This document shows, in pieces, positions 32,652 through 40,885 of a DNA stretch of 64,000 bases; within the stretch, counting starts at the first letter, position 1, and each line of letters opens with the position of its first letter. Where the stretch lies: IMG/VR virus record IMGVR_UViG_3300037010_002464. One strand, given 5' to 3'. Below the pieces are notes generated by a model, which worked only from the letters and a program-made list of their open reading frames with translations, was not told the DNA's origin and did not search any database. Position numbers and translations under genes: made by a program. The stretch comes from a virus.

Positions 32652-33433
32652 GGGATATGCTTACGAGCTCGCACTTTTGGAAAGTTTGGCTGCCGCCTCA
32701 CGTGATTGCGGTAGCCTTGCTGTGGCGCTATGGCTTGCCAGCGTCAACTTTGCTTATGACGTTCGGCTTCTACTGCTTGATTAGCGGCTTGGGTGTAGCT
32801 GTCGGCTTGCACCGCTTCTTCTCACATCGGTCGTTCAAGACCAGCAAGGCGTGGGAGCAGGCGATGCTGTTCTTCGGCTTGCTTGCTTGTCATGGCCATG
32901 CGCTGTTCTGGGTTGCGCTCCATCGGGGCGTCCATCACCGCTACTCCGACACCGAGAAGGACCTCCACTCGCCGCACGCTCATAGCCTGTGGACCGCGTA
33001 CCAAGGCTATGCCTTTGACAAGGACATCGTCAACAAGGTCTCGTTGCGTTCAGGCATTGACTTCCTCCGTGAGCCTACATGGCAGTGGCAGGTGACCTAC
33101 TACCACTCAGTTCTCTGGGGCACGTGGGCCTTCTTCGCCCTGCTTTGGCTCATCGCTTCGCCGGTCCCGTTATTGGCTTTGACGCTCGCTCAGGTCTGGG
33201 CTATCCACCAAGAGGCCGCTGTCAATGTGCTCGGTCACACGGGCGGCATCGGCACGTACCGTAACTATCAGACCAAGGACTTCTCGGTCAACCGCCCGCT
33301 GTTAAGCCTCATCACTTGGGGGCAAGCCTTGCACAACAACCATCACGGCGACGCCAGCAATCCTGACTTCGGCACGAAGCGGTGGTATGAGTTTGACCCA
33401 TCAATGCTGTGGATCCGAGCAATTCGACAATGA
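32648..33433 (+). CDS. Second membrane fatty-acid desaturase
   Basis: HRFFSH, HRGVHH, HNNHH boxes. Confidence 0.92.
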   Translation: MRDMLTSSHFWKVWLPPHVIAVALLWRYGLPASTLLMTFGFYCLISGLGVAVGLHRFFSHRSFKTSKAWEQAMLFFGLLACHGHALFWVALHRGVHHRYSDTEKDLHSPHAHSLWTAYQGYAFDKDIVNKVSLRSGIDFLREPTWQWQVTYYHSVLWGTWAFFALLWLIASPVPLLALTLAQVWAIHQEAAVNVLGHTGGIGTYRNYQTKDFSVNRPLLSLITWGQALHNNHHGDASNPDFGTKRWYEFDPSMLWIRAIRQ

Positions 33434-34284
33434 CCGACCTCTACCTCCTGAACCCAGAAGCTGTTAAGCGAGAGTTTGACGAGATCGGAGCTGTTTGGCC
33501 GCTGCGCGTCTTCACGGATGAGCAGGTTGCGGTCTACCGTCAGCACCTGCTTGCTGAGATCTCTGACCGCAATTTGATGGCCTCCGACTACCGCTGCAAG
33601 AGCCAGGTGCTCTTCCCGTGGATGGCTGAGATTGTCAAGTCAGCGGCGATTAGGCACTATGTCGGGGCGGTGCTGGGCGATGACTTCCACTGCTGGGACA
33701 CCCTGTTCTGGGTCAAGGAGCCCAATGACGGCAAGATCGTGTCCTACCACCAAGACGCAACCTACTGGAACTTCGCGCCGAAGGATGCGGTCACGGTCTG
33801 GCTGGCGTTCAACGACGTGACCTGCGAGAGCGGCGCGATCAGGTACCGGCTACGCTCGCACAAGGATAAGAAGCAGCTTGAGCACCATGACGTGCGGAGC
33901 GAGTCGAACCTCCTGATGCGCGGTCAGACGGCTGTTGAGCCTGAGACTGGCAAGCGCCCGCGGCGCCTCATGTCAGCGGAGGTGCCAGCAGGCCACATTA
34001 CGATGCATTCGCCTTACATAGTTCATGGCTCGTCGTCGAACACAAGCTCAGAGCCGCGCCTGGCGTGCGGTATGATCTTCGCCGCGGGCCATGTTAAGCC
34101 GATTGCTAACTTCGCACCCGAGTCGACATTGTGGGTGCAGGGTGAGGACCGTCACGGGCACTTCATCCATGACCCTGTACCGACGGGTGACTGGGACACC
34201 GACCGTGGAAGCTGGCAGGCGGCTTATGATAGGCAGCACGTCAACTACTACAAGATGTCTCCTCATGATAGCCCTTCTCCATGA
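33430..34284 (+). CDS. PhyH-family 2OG-Fe(II) dioxygenase
   Basis: FWVKEP..VSYHQDATYW, TVWLAF, HGS..N.S..PR; start reassigned to ATG 33430. Confidence 0.9.
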   Translation: MTDLYLLNPEAVKREFDEIGAVWPLRVFTDEQVAVYRQHLLAEISDRNLMASDYRCKSQVLFPWMAEIVKSAAIRHYVGAVLGDDFHCWDTLFWVKEPNDGKIVSYHQDATYWNFAPKDAVTVWLAFNDVTCESGAIRYRLRSHKDKKQLEHHDVRSESNLLMRGQTAVEPETGKRPRRLMSAEVPAGHITMHSPYIVHGSSSNTSSEPRLACGMIFAAGHVKPIANFAPESTLWVQGEDRHGHFIHDPVPTGDWDTDRGSWQAAYDRQHVNYYKMSPHDSPSP

Positions 34285-34795
34285 CACGCTCTTCGGCCGC
34301 TGGCAAGACCAAGCTGTGAACATCGAGCTGGAGCTGCCTGACGGCTTGCACTTCATGCGTGCGCGCACGTTTGGCTTGAAGGGAAGACTGGGTGGACAGC
34401 ATTCATATGTGGCTTATGTGCGAAACGGCGTGCATACAGTCTTTGAAGTAAGCAGCGCTGAGACGCTAGACTACCAAGAGGTCTCATTTAGGTCATACAT
34501 TCGGCGGCCAGTCGCACCTCTTGAGCAGGTAGTGCTCGCCTCTGACAGGCATGCCGGCCAACGCTGGTTTGGCCACAAGCCTAGGCTGCTGGCTACCGTA
34601 CGCGACGCGGCGCTGTTAGACGTGCTCGACGTAGTCAATGACTACCCAAAGGTAACTACGGGGTTTCACCTCTTTGCCAACAACTGCAACACCTTTGTTT
34701 CGTGGGTTGCATACAACTTTAACGTTAAGCTGCCGTGGACGCCAGGCAGCAAGCGTCACAGCTACTGGAAGAAGCATGCAATACAGCAAGGATAA
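34265..34795 (+). CDS. Permuted papain-like (PPPDE/LRAT/DUF3750-like) enzyme
   Basis: His motif QHSYVAY precedes Cys motif FANNCNTFVSW; start ATG 34265. Confidence 0.65.
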   Translation: MIALLHDTLFGRWQDQAVNIELELPDGLHFMRARTFGLKGRLGGQHSYVAYVRNGVHTVFEVSSAETLDYQEVSFRSYIRRPVAPLEQVVLASDRHAGQRWFGHKPRLLATVRDAALLDVLDVVNDYPKVTTGFHLFANNCNTFVSWVAYNFNVKLPWTPGSKRHSYWKKHAIQQG

Positions 34796-35759
34796 CCACT
34801 ACAAGTGGGGGTGGAATGGCCAGTGGCACAATGACCCAATCGTCGACGGTAAGTTCGCCGTTGAGGTAGCGGGTGTCACTCGTGAGGTCAGGTCGTTTCG
34901 CGAAGAGTGCGGTAACACCGTAGAGGACCTTGCTAACCAATTCACCAAGCCTATTCGTGTGGGCTTGAGCGGCGGCGGGGACTCGCAAGCGGTTTGCCTC
35001 TCGCTTCTGGACCGCAAGATTCTGTTTGAGCCGGTCATCATGCACATACGGGGTCCGAAGGGTGGGATCCGTAACGAGCATGACATCAAGCAAGCATTTG
35101 AGTTCTGTCGAAAGTTTGACCTCAAGCCATTGCTGATTGACCTAGACCTGCAAAAGTTCTATGACGGGCGAGGCCAACAGCTTGCCGCTGAGCACTGCTT
35201 GACCAATGCTCGAGTGCTAGCCCAGCTTTACTTGATCGAGCTATTCAAGGACACCCACGCCTTCATCATGGCTGGCGGCGACATGGTCCTGTCAAAGGGT
35301 TCGAGCTTAGAAGGTGACCCGATTGTTACCTCCTTCGGCCCTACGCCGATTCAACAGCACCTGATCAAGTACGGGATCGAGGGCTGCACGAAGTTCTTCA
35401 TGTACTCGCCTGAATTGATCCTCTCTTACCTTGACCACCCGGCTGTCAAGGGTTTGCGGTTGGCTCATCAAGCTGTCTACTCGTCATTTGACTCGATCAA
35501 GCCTGGCATCGCCCAATCATGGACCTGCTTTAGCTACTTCATCAAGCCATGCATGTATGTCGAGCAGTTCCCTGAGCTGGTGCAAGCGATGAAATATACA
35601 GGCTTTGAGAACGCTAATGACCTGGTGTCAGAGGGGCAAGCCTTGATGAACATCGTGACGCGTCAGTTCAAGCCGCTAGACCAGAAGATCATCGTGACGC
35701 TCGAGACCTTCATCGAAGGCCTTAAGAGCGGCGAGGCAAGGCTCTATGCAGCTCCTTAA
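34776..35759 (+). CDS. Second N-type ATP pyrophosphatase (AANH-like)
   Basis: GLSGGGDSQ PP-loop, FFMYSPEL, KYTGFE; start ATG 34776. Confidence 0.7.
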   Translation: MQYSKDNHYKWGWNGQWHNDPIVDGKFAVEVAGVTREVRSFREECGNTVEDLANQFTKPIRVGLSGGGDSQAVCLSLLDRKILFEPVIMHIRGPKGGIRNEHDIKQAFEFCRKFDLKPLLIDLDLQKFYDGRGQQLAAEHCLTNARVLAQLYLIELFKDTHAFIMAGGDMVLSKGSSLEGDPIVTSFGPTPIQQHLIKYGIEGCTKFFMYSPELILSYLDHPAVKGLRLAHQAVYSSFDSIKPGIAQSWTCFSYFIKPCMYVEQFPELVQAMKYTGFENANDLVSEGQALMNIVTRQFKPLDQKIIVTLETFIEGLKSGEARLYAAP

Positions 35760-36168
35760 AGTTGTCAGCGAGGACTCGCTTGCGCATTCGAAGGCCTTCG
35801 TCTTCGTGCTCGAGGAGTACCTCGCTCTCGTCAAGGCAGGCCACGCAGACTATGACTTGCCGTTCACGAACGGTTCTCTGGTAGCCTATGCGCTGTTGGG
35901 TGACCAGGTGATCGGCGCGTCGGTCTGGAGCTATGACCCTCCTAAGCGTGCGGCGTGGGTGCTGTTCTCTGCGGTGGCTGAAGAGCACCGCAAACAAGGC
36001 ATCTACAAGCAGCTCATCCACTTCGTTGAGCAGCAAGCAATTCGCAAGGGTGCGGCAGCGCTCTACTCAGGCGTGCATGTCACCAATGACGCCATGATCG
36101 CGGCGGCTCAAGCCAGCGGCAGAACCCTAGGCTGGTATCGTACAAAGAAGCCGCTTTCAGCTAAATAG
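35746..36168 (+). CDS. GNAT acetyltransferase
   Basis: Motif A VAEEHRKQGIYKQL; motif B VHVTNDAM. Confidence 0.88.
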   Translation: MQLLKVVSEDSLAHSKAFVFVLEEYLALVKAGHADYDLPFTNGSLVAYALLGDQVIGASVWSYDPPKRAAWVLFSAVAEEHRKQGIYKQLIHFVEQQAIRKGAAALYSGVHVTNDAMIAAAQASGRTLGWYRTKKPLSAK

Positions 36169-36172
36169 CGGC
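36150..36172 (+). promoter_or_regulatory. Late promoter TAAATAGC inside an inverted repeat abutting the holin start
   Basis: GCCGCT(36150-55)...TAAATA(36162-67)...AGCGGC(36167-72), then ATG 36173. Confidence 0.6.
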
Positions 36173-36532
36173 ATGGATATCACACCTTACACCAATCAAA
36201 TCGCCTTCATTGCCTGTGGCATGTTTGGCGGCTTCGCCCACTATCTGAAGAAGTACCTACGCAAGGAGACCGACGTCGGCTTGTTTGACTGGTACGGCAA
36301 GGAAAACCTGGCAGCTACCCTTTACACGGTCATCGTCTTCCTCTTCGCGATGATCGGAGCCCTTGCAGGCGACATCGTCAACGCTGACATGAGCTTCTGG
36401 GCAACCCTGTACACAGGCTTTGTTACAGGCTTCGCAATCGATGCTGGCTTCAACTCGGACGCTAAGATCTCTGACGAGATCAAGGGTGCTCGTGAAGAGT
36501 CCCGCGCTGCCACGAAGAAGGACGGCGAGTAA
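36173..36532 (+). CDS. Putative holin
   Basis: Three hydrophobic helices, charged C-terminal tail, directly upstream of the spanins. Confidence 0.65.
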   Translation: MDITPYTNQIAFIACGMFGGFAHYLKKYLRKETDVGLFDWYGKENLAATLYTVIVFLFAMIGALAGDIVNADMSFWATLYTGFVTGFAIDAGFNSDAKISDEIKGAREESRAATKKDGE

Positions 36533-36542
36533 GCTCGCATCA

Positions 36543-36563
36543 CCGCCTGTCACTGACAGGCGG
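36543..36563 (+). terminator. Strong hairpin CCGCCTGTCA-c-TGACAGGCGG between holin and spanin
   Basis: 10-bp inverted repeat; weak U-tract. Confidence 0.45.
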
Positions 36564-36581
36564 CTCTTAACACATACATAT

Positions 36582-36989
36582 ATGCCTTTCCTCCTCTCCC
36601 TTCTCGGCAACCGATTTGTGCTCTTCGGACTAATTGCGGCTTTAATTAGCGGTGGCGTCTGGTTCAAGGTGCACAGCCTTCAAAGCAAGCTCGATGACGA
36701 GGTAGCCATCGTTCAGCGCGTGCAGGCTGACAATGCCACGTTGAAGCTAAGTCTTCAGACAGCGATGGCGGTCAATGACTCAAACTTGGCTGAGCTGGCA
36801 AAGCTGCAGGCTGATCAAGCATTAGCCATCAAAGCCCTTGAAGGCGTCAAGACTGACTTGTCAGTCGCTAAGGCTGGCCTTGCGGACGCCCGCAAGCGCA
36901 TCGCTACCAAGCAGGCCTCGCCTGTGCCACCGAACATCGTCGACGCGGTGACGGCGATCCAGCAAGCACGTGACCAAGGAGCGAAGTGA
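36582..36989 (+). CDS. i-spanin (Rz-like)
   Basis: N-terminal TM helix then coiled coil; start ATG 36582. Confidence 0.8.
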   Translation: MPFLLSLLGNRFVLFGLIAALISGGVWFKVHSLQSKLDDEVAIVQRVQADNATLKLSLQTAMAVNDSNLAELAKLQADQALAIKALEGVKTDLSVAKAGLADARKRIATKQASPVPPNIVDAVTAIQQARDQGAK

Positions 36990-37297
36990 TGAGAGCCCTG
37001 ACATTAGTCCTCCTGCTCGCGTTGACAGGTTGCTGCACGCCCAAGCCTGAGCAACCTGTGATGGTGCGCATCGAGCGCGTAGTCACGCCAATTCCGCAAG
37101 AGCTGCTGACCGTTCCTGCCCCTGTCCCTGCGCTTACGGCCGATGAGCTACGCAAGGATGACCGGGCTGTAGCGCGGTGGATGTTTGACTCAGAGATGCG
37201 GGCGGTGCTGCTTGAGTCTCAGTTGCGGCGAATCGCCGAGCTGTATGTCAAGCAGGTGAAGGAAGCCGAAGAGGCCAACAAGGCTAAGAAGCCTTAA
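36986..37297 (+). CDS. o-spanin lipoprotein (Rz1-like)
   Basis: Lipobox LTG-C, Pro-rich segment, overlaps the i-spanin end. Confidence 0.8.
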   Translation: MMRALTLVLLLALTGCCTPKPEQPVMVRIERVVTPIPQELLTVPAPVPALTADELRKDDRAVARWMFDSEMRAVLLESQLRRIAELYVKQVKEAEEANKAKKP

Positions 37298-37659
37298 CGC
37301 TCCATCCAGTTCGTGTTGCGCCGGTTGGCGATCTTGAACTTATCGCAGAAGAGCGTGAACAGCTCAGCGATGCACCGCTTCGCTGGCATCGTCAGCTTAA
37401 AGTCGGGGTCATACTTCTCAAGGCTGGAGACCTTCAGCAACTTTGGGAAGATGTAGACGTTCTCGCCTTCGGCTGTCTTGTGGCCGTCCCGGCTCATCTC
37501 ACGTGCATCGCCGTTCCAAGCAAGCTTCAGCTGCTTCTCGAGCTTTGGCCACGTGCTGACCAGGTCCTTGTAAGCCCTGACGTTCGTCAGGTCTTGCTCG
37601 GTAGGGACACCACCCTTCGAGTCGAGAAATTCTAAGAGCGATTCAAGCAGCTGAAACAT
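37294..37659 (-). CDS. Hypothetical late protein with LLESLLE leader
   Basis: ATG 37659 lies 8 nt after a minus-strand TAAATA (37668-73). Confidence 0.6.
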   Translation of the reverse strand: MFQLLESLLEFLDSKGGVPTEQDLTNVRAYKDLVSTWPKLEKQLKLAWNGDAREMSRDGHKTAEGENVYIFPKLLKVSSLEKYDPDFKLTMPAKRCIAELFTLFCDKFKIANRRNTNWMER

Positions 37660-37670
37660 GATGTCAATAT

Positions 37671-38246
37671 TTAGCCGAGATCGGCCCAAGTGACAGCCAA
37701 GTCGCCGTAGTTGATAGTCAAAGTGACCTCTGCGATGCCACGCTTGCCGTCACGATCGGCGATCACTTCAAGCTGTGCTCCCTTGAGAAAGGCGATCAGC
37801 GTGGCAGCTGTAGGATGCTCAGCTGCCAGCTCGTCAAACTTCTTACCCTCCCAGCGCGGCACAGAGAGGCGAAGTACCTCGCCAACTGAGCTTTTCCCAC
37901 CTGCATAGTCTAGGCCGCTATACAGCGTGTTGCTAACCTTACAGCCGATGAAGGATGCGGTCTTGATCACTGTGTTATTGCCGTCTAAGTACTCAATGTC
38001 GAGCGTGAAGTTAGACAGCTTGGTAAGCTGTTGCACCGCACGACCCGCATGGCCGGTGATGTCCTCTTCAATGACCACCGCAATGCCTTTGTAGAGGCCA
38101 AACTCAGACGTACGAACTAGCTGAGCGGTCAACGGGTCACCGTACGGCAATGCTTCACCTTCGGGGGTCTTGAAGACAGCACGAAACCGATTGACTTGTA
38201 GTGGGTGCAGGATGCCTGCGCTTAGCGGGTGCTTGACGGTGGTCAT
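37671..38246 (-). CDS. Divergent tail-tube (gp19-like) paralog
   Basis: GILHP...RFR..F, LTAQ, EDIT, IEYLDG...GC.V...YSGLDYA, LTINY. Confidence 0.6.
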   Translation of the reverse strand: MTTVKHPLSAGILHPLQVNRFRAVFKTPEGEALPYGDPLTAQLVRTSEFGLYKGIAVVIEEDITGHAGRAVQQLTKLSNFTLDIEYLDGNNTVIKTASFIGCKVSNTLYSGLDYAGGKSSVGEVLRLSVPRWEGKKFDELAAEHPTAATLIAFLKGAQLEVIADRDGKRGIAEVTLTINYGDLAVTWADLG

Positions 38247-38251
38247 ATATT

Positions 38252-38836
38252 TTATCCCTTTGATGCTTGAATCTTGACGTACTGTAGAGTTTCATTAATC
38301 CGGCGCAGCCAACCGTTCAAATACTTCGCTTGCACAGGGTTGTGCTCTACAATTGACCGATAGAAAGCGGTACGAGCTTCAGCGATCTTGTTGCAGACGA
38401 CCAGCTGGTCGAGCGCCTTGACCTTGTTGAGGGTGGCTGGCCCAATGTCACCGTCTGGCGTAGCGCCGACAGCCTTTTGCAGCATGGTTGCGGCCCGCCC
38501 AACGCCGTGGTTGACGCACCCGTCAAAGTGCATTAGGGCTACCAGCTTAGGCATGTCTTGACAGTCGCCTGGCAGCCAGTAGCGCTTCATGTAGACACGC
38601 TTAGCGCCTTCCCAGTCTAGCGCTGCGATGTTGAGGTCTGGGTTGGCCGCCTTAGCAACGCCGAACTTGGTCTCACCGCCGTGGTCATCCGGGTCATTCG
38701 TATAGCCTACGGCCTTACGTTGGGCTTGGGTCTTGATCAGGCCTTCTCGCACACCCGGCGTCTCGAGGTTCCAGAAGCCGCCTACCTCATAGAGCATGGC
38801 GCGGCTGAGTGCTTGTTCAAAGAGGTCAATTGTCAT
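38252..38836 (-). CDS. Endolysin, GH108 with PG_binding_3 domain
   Basis: YEVGG...GYTNDPDDHGGETKFGV, FDGCVNHG, DGDIGP.T, YLNGWLRR; start ATG 38836. Confidence 0.9.
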   Translation of the reverse strand: MTIDLFEQALSRAMLYEVGGFWNLETPGVREGLIKTQAQRKAVGYTNDPDDHGGETKFGVAKAANPDLNIAALDWEGAKRVYMKRYWLPGDCQDMPKLVALMHFDGCVNHGVGRAATMLQKAVGATPDGDIGPATLNKVKALDQLVVCNKIAEARTAFYRSIVEHNPVQAKYLNGWLRRINETLQYVKIQASKG

Positions 38837-38910
38837 GTTTGATGTTTCCGTTTTTGATTTGTCGCTCGATGAATTCCAAGATGTTATCAGCACCGAAATC
38901 CCCAGGCTCA

Positions 38911-39293
38911 TTACCCCCAGGCGTCCCAACTACCTTCTTCGAGAATTGCTACATAAAATGCATCAGCATATGACTTATACTGAACATTGGCCTCGCAGAT
39001 AGTGATGGCAGGGTGGACATTTTCAAAGGTCACATCGATGGCTGGAAGGTCATGCTGTTCCATGACCTCTTCAAAACGTTTCCGAATGACCTCCTCCCAC
39101 TCGTCTTGGGAGATGCGCGTGTTGTAAGGGTTGTAGAAGATCTTGTCTAGTTGGTAGCAAGGACCGTCATTGGCCTTTGTGACCTTCAGGCCACCGTCGC
39201 TCTGGAGCTTGAAGTCCCAGTCGTCAGGGAACGTGTCGATGAAGTCTTGCTGCATCTTGAGCAGTCGCTTCTTGTCAGGCGATCGAGCTTCAT
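38911..39293 (-). pseudogene. QQ-helix family gene with a frameshifted leader (a 114-aa ORF from 39255 remains)
   Basis: Coupled ATG-AAG-CTC (MKL) at 39293 is out of frame with SPDKKRLLKMQQDFIDTFPD. Confidence 0.6.
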
Positions 39294-39724
39294 GATGCGG
39301 TCAGCTCATTAATGCGAGCCCAGATATCATCGGCTACGAATGAGTTACCGTATTGGTTCCAGGCATAGTCGCCGCCGTAGTCTCGCACGTAGTACTCGAA
39401 TGCGGCAGTATAAGAGGGGAACTCAAGCTGCGCGTCCTCAAGATATCCGCGCACCACCTTGCCGCCGGTAACCTTGACGTCAATCTTCCGTTTCTTGTAG
39501 TCGGCCTCAATTTCAGCTCGAGCTCGAGGTGCTGACTTGACGCTTTGATCAGGCAGCCCGATCTCATCCTCTGTGGCATACATCGGAGTGGTATCATCCT
39601 CTACCGATGCTTCAAGCTTACCATCATTTGTGATCTTGAAGCTCCAGCCATCCGGAAACGTGTCGATGAAGTCCTGTTGAGCCTTTAGCAAGTCAGCCTT
39701 GGATAAGATTTCAGCCAGCTTCAT
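39290..39724 (-). CDS. QQ-helix family protein, tandem paralog of the downstream gene
   Basis: MKLAEILSKADLLKAQQDFIDTFPDGWSFKI; ATGA overlaps. Confidence 0.75.
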   Translation of the reverse strand: MKLAEILSKADLLKAQQDFIDTFPDGWSFKITNDGKLEASVEDDTTPMYATEDEIGLPDQSVKSAPRARAEIEADYKKRKIDVKVTGGKVVRGYLEDAQLEFPSYTAAFEYYVRDYGGDYAWNQYGNSFVADDIWARINELTAS

Positions 39725-39893
39725 CCGAACCTCACGATAAGCTTGCTTAGCTTGACGCTCCAACGCACGAAGATGAGCTTCTTACCCAGGGAGAACCTGA
39801 AGCCGCGGGAAGTACCCCACTCGGCTGTTGGGTAGAAGTTGAAGCCCCGCTTAAGGATATACCGCCTTCGGGTGTTACGTTGAAGCCTAGCAT
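39721..39893 (-). pseudogene. Small phage gene with one frameshift
   Basis: MLGFNVTPEG (ATG 39893) continues in another frame as ILKRGFNFYPTAEW...RWSVK. Confidence 0.45.
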
Positions 39894-39896
39894 AGG

Positions 39897-40526
39897 TCAG
39901 ACCACGTCGTTGAACCAACTTCTGAAGTCGCCTGGGAAGTTAGCCGGGTTGTAAAGCCAAAGGCCTTGCGAGTGCACGTAGAACTTTGCGAGCTGCAGCT
40001 CGCCGACGAGCACTGAGGTCGTGGCTTGGATGAACCGCTCGCAAGAGGGGAAGATGACAAGCGTGCCAGCCTGAGGCTGGAAGCTAAAGTTATAGACGGG
40101 GAACTCAAGCTTCCCGCCGTAGACGTGCTGCTTGAGGTTGAAGGGAGGGGTGTCCTGGTAGTCTTTCAACCAGATGATGCAGGAGAGGTCACGGCCTGAA
40201 ACTCGTGCCCACTTCTTCCGCTTGTAAACCGCGTTGTCACAGTGCGGGGCTTCTGCCAGCTTCGCATTTGAGGTCGGAAACTGCTGGAACTGAATGGTCT
40301 CGGTGGCCTTGTGCTTGATGTCGTAGTGCTCTTCGATGAGCGGAATCAGCGGCTTGAACTTGTTGTAGATCAGGTCCTCCGACGCCTTATGGGCACGAGC
40401 CATAGGTAGAGGCCGCCCTTCTGAGTCCTTGTCTGGCTCGACGACTCGTGTTTGGTCGGCGATACGTGCTACTTCTTCAGGTGTGAGGAAGCCTTGCTGG
40501 ATGATGAAAGGCGAACGATATGTCAT
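39897..40526 (-). CDS. 2OG-Fe(II) oxygenase-like protein with altered metal site
   Basis: PHCD, RDLSCIIWL, GGKLEFP, GTLVIFPS; FIQAT where the distal His is expected; minus-strand TAAATAGC at 40532-39. Confidence 0.75.
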   Translation of the reverse strand: MTYRSPFIIQQGFLTPEEVARIADQTRVVEPDKDSEGRPLPMARAHKASEDLIYNKFKPLIPLIEEHYDIKHKATETIQFQQFPTSNAKLAEAPHCDNAVYKRKKWARVSGRDLSCIIWLKDYQDTPPFNLKQHVYGGKLEFPVYNFSFQPQAGTLVIFPSCERFIQATTSVLVGELQLAKFYVHSQGLWLYNPANFPGDFRSWFNDVV

Positions 40527-40654
40527 ATGAGGCTATTTAGGATTGCGGAGGAATCTGTGCAAAACTGAGTTGTCGCTACATGTCCTTTGCATGTCCCAAC
40601 GCAGCATCACATGTGTGAATAGCGATCTCCTTACTATGATCCTTTGTATAGAAG

Positions 40655-40881
40655 ATGCCTTCTTCACGGACATCAGGTGATGTCAAGCTCAAGACTGTCA
40701 ACAATAAGCCTCTGTGGGCGCTGATCTTTGTGCACTATGGGCACATGTACCAAGTAAAGGTGCACCCATGGCTCACGTCGACGACGTTGACAAGGATTAC
40801 GCGGTCGAGTACACCTCAACTACGCCAGAGGACGTGCTTCGATACATCAATGAAGCAAACATTCCTGGTCCGCATAAATAG
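40655..40881 (+). pseudogene. Probable gene relic lacking its 5' end
   Basis: Two-frame fragments DVKLKTVNNKPLWALIF and EYTSTTPEDVLRYINEANIPGPHK*. Confidence 0.3.
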
Positions 40882-40885
40882 CTGA

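Noticed and set aside
29274-36172. Small RiPP precursor peptide within the tailoring operon
   Set aside because: Genes overlap or abut; no free short Cys/Ser/Thr-rich or lasso-like ORF found by eye
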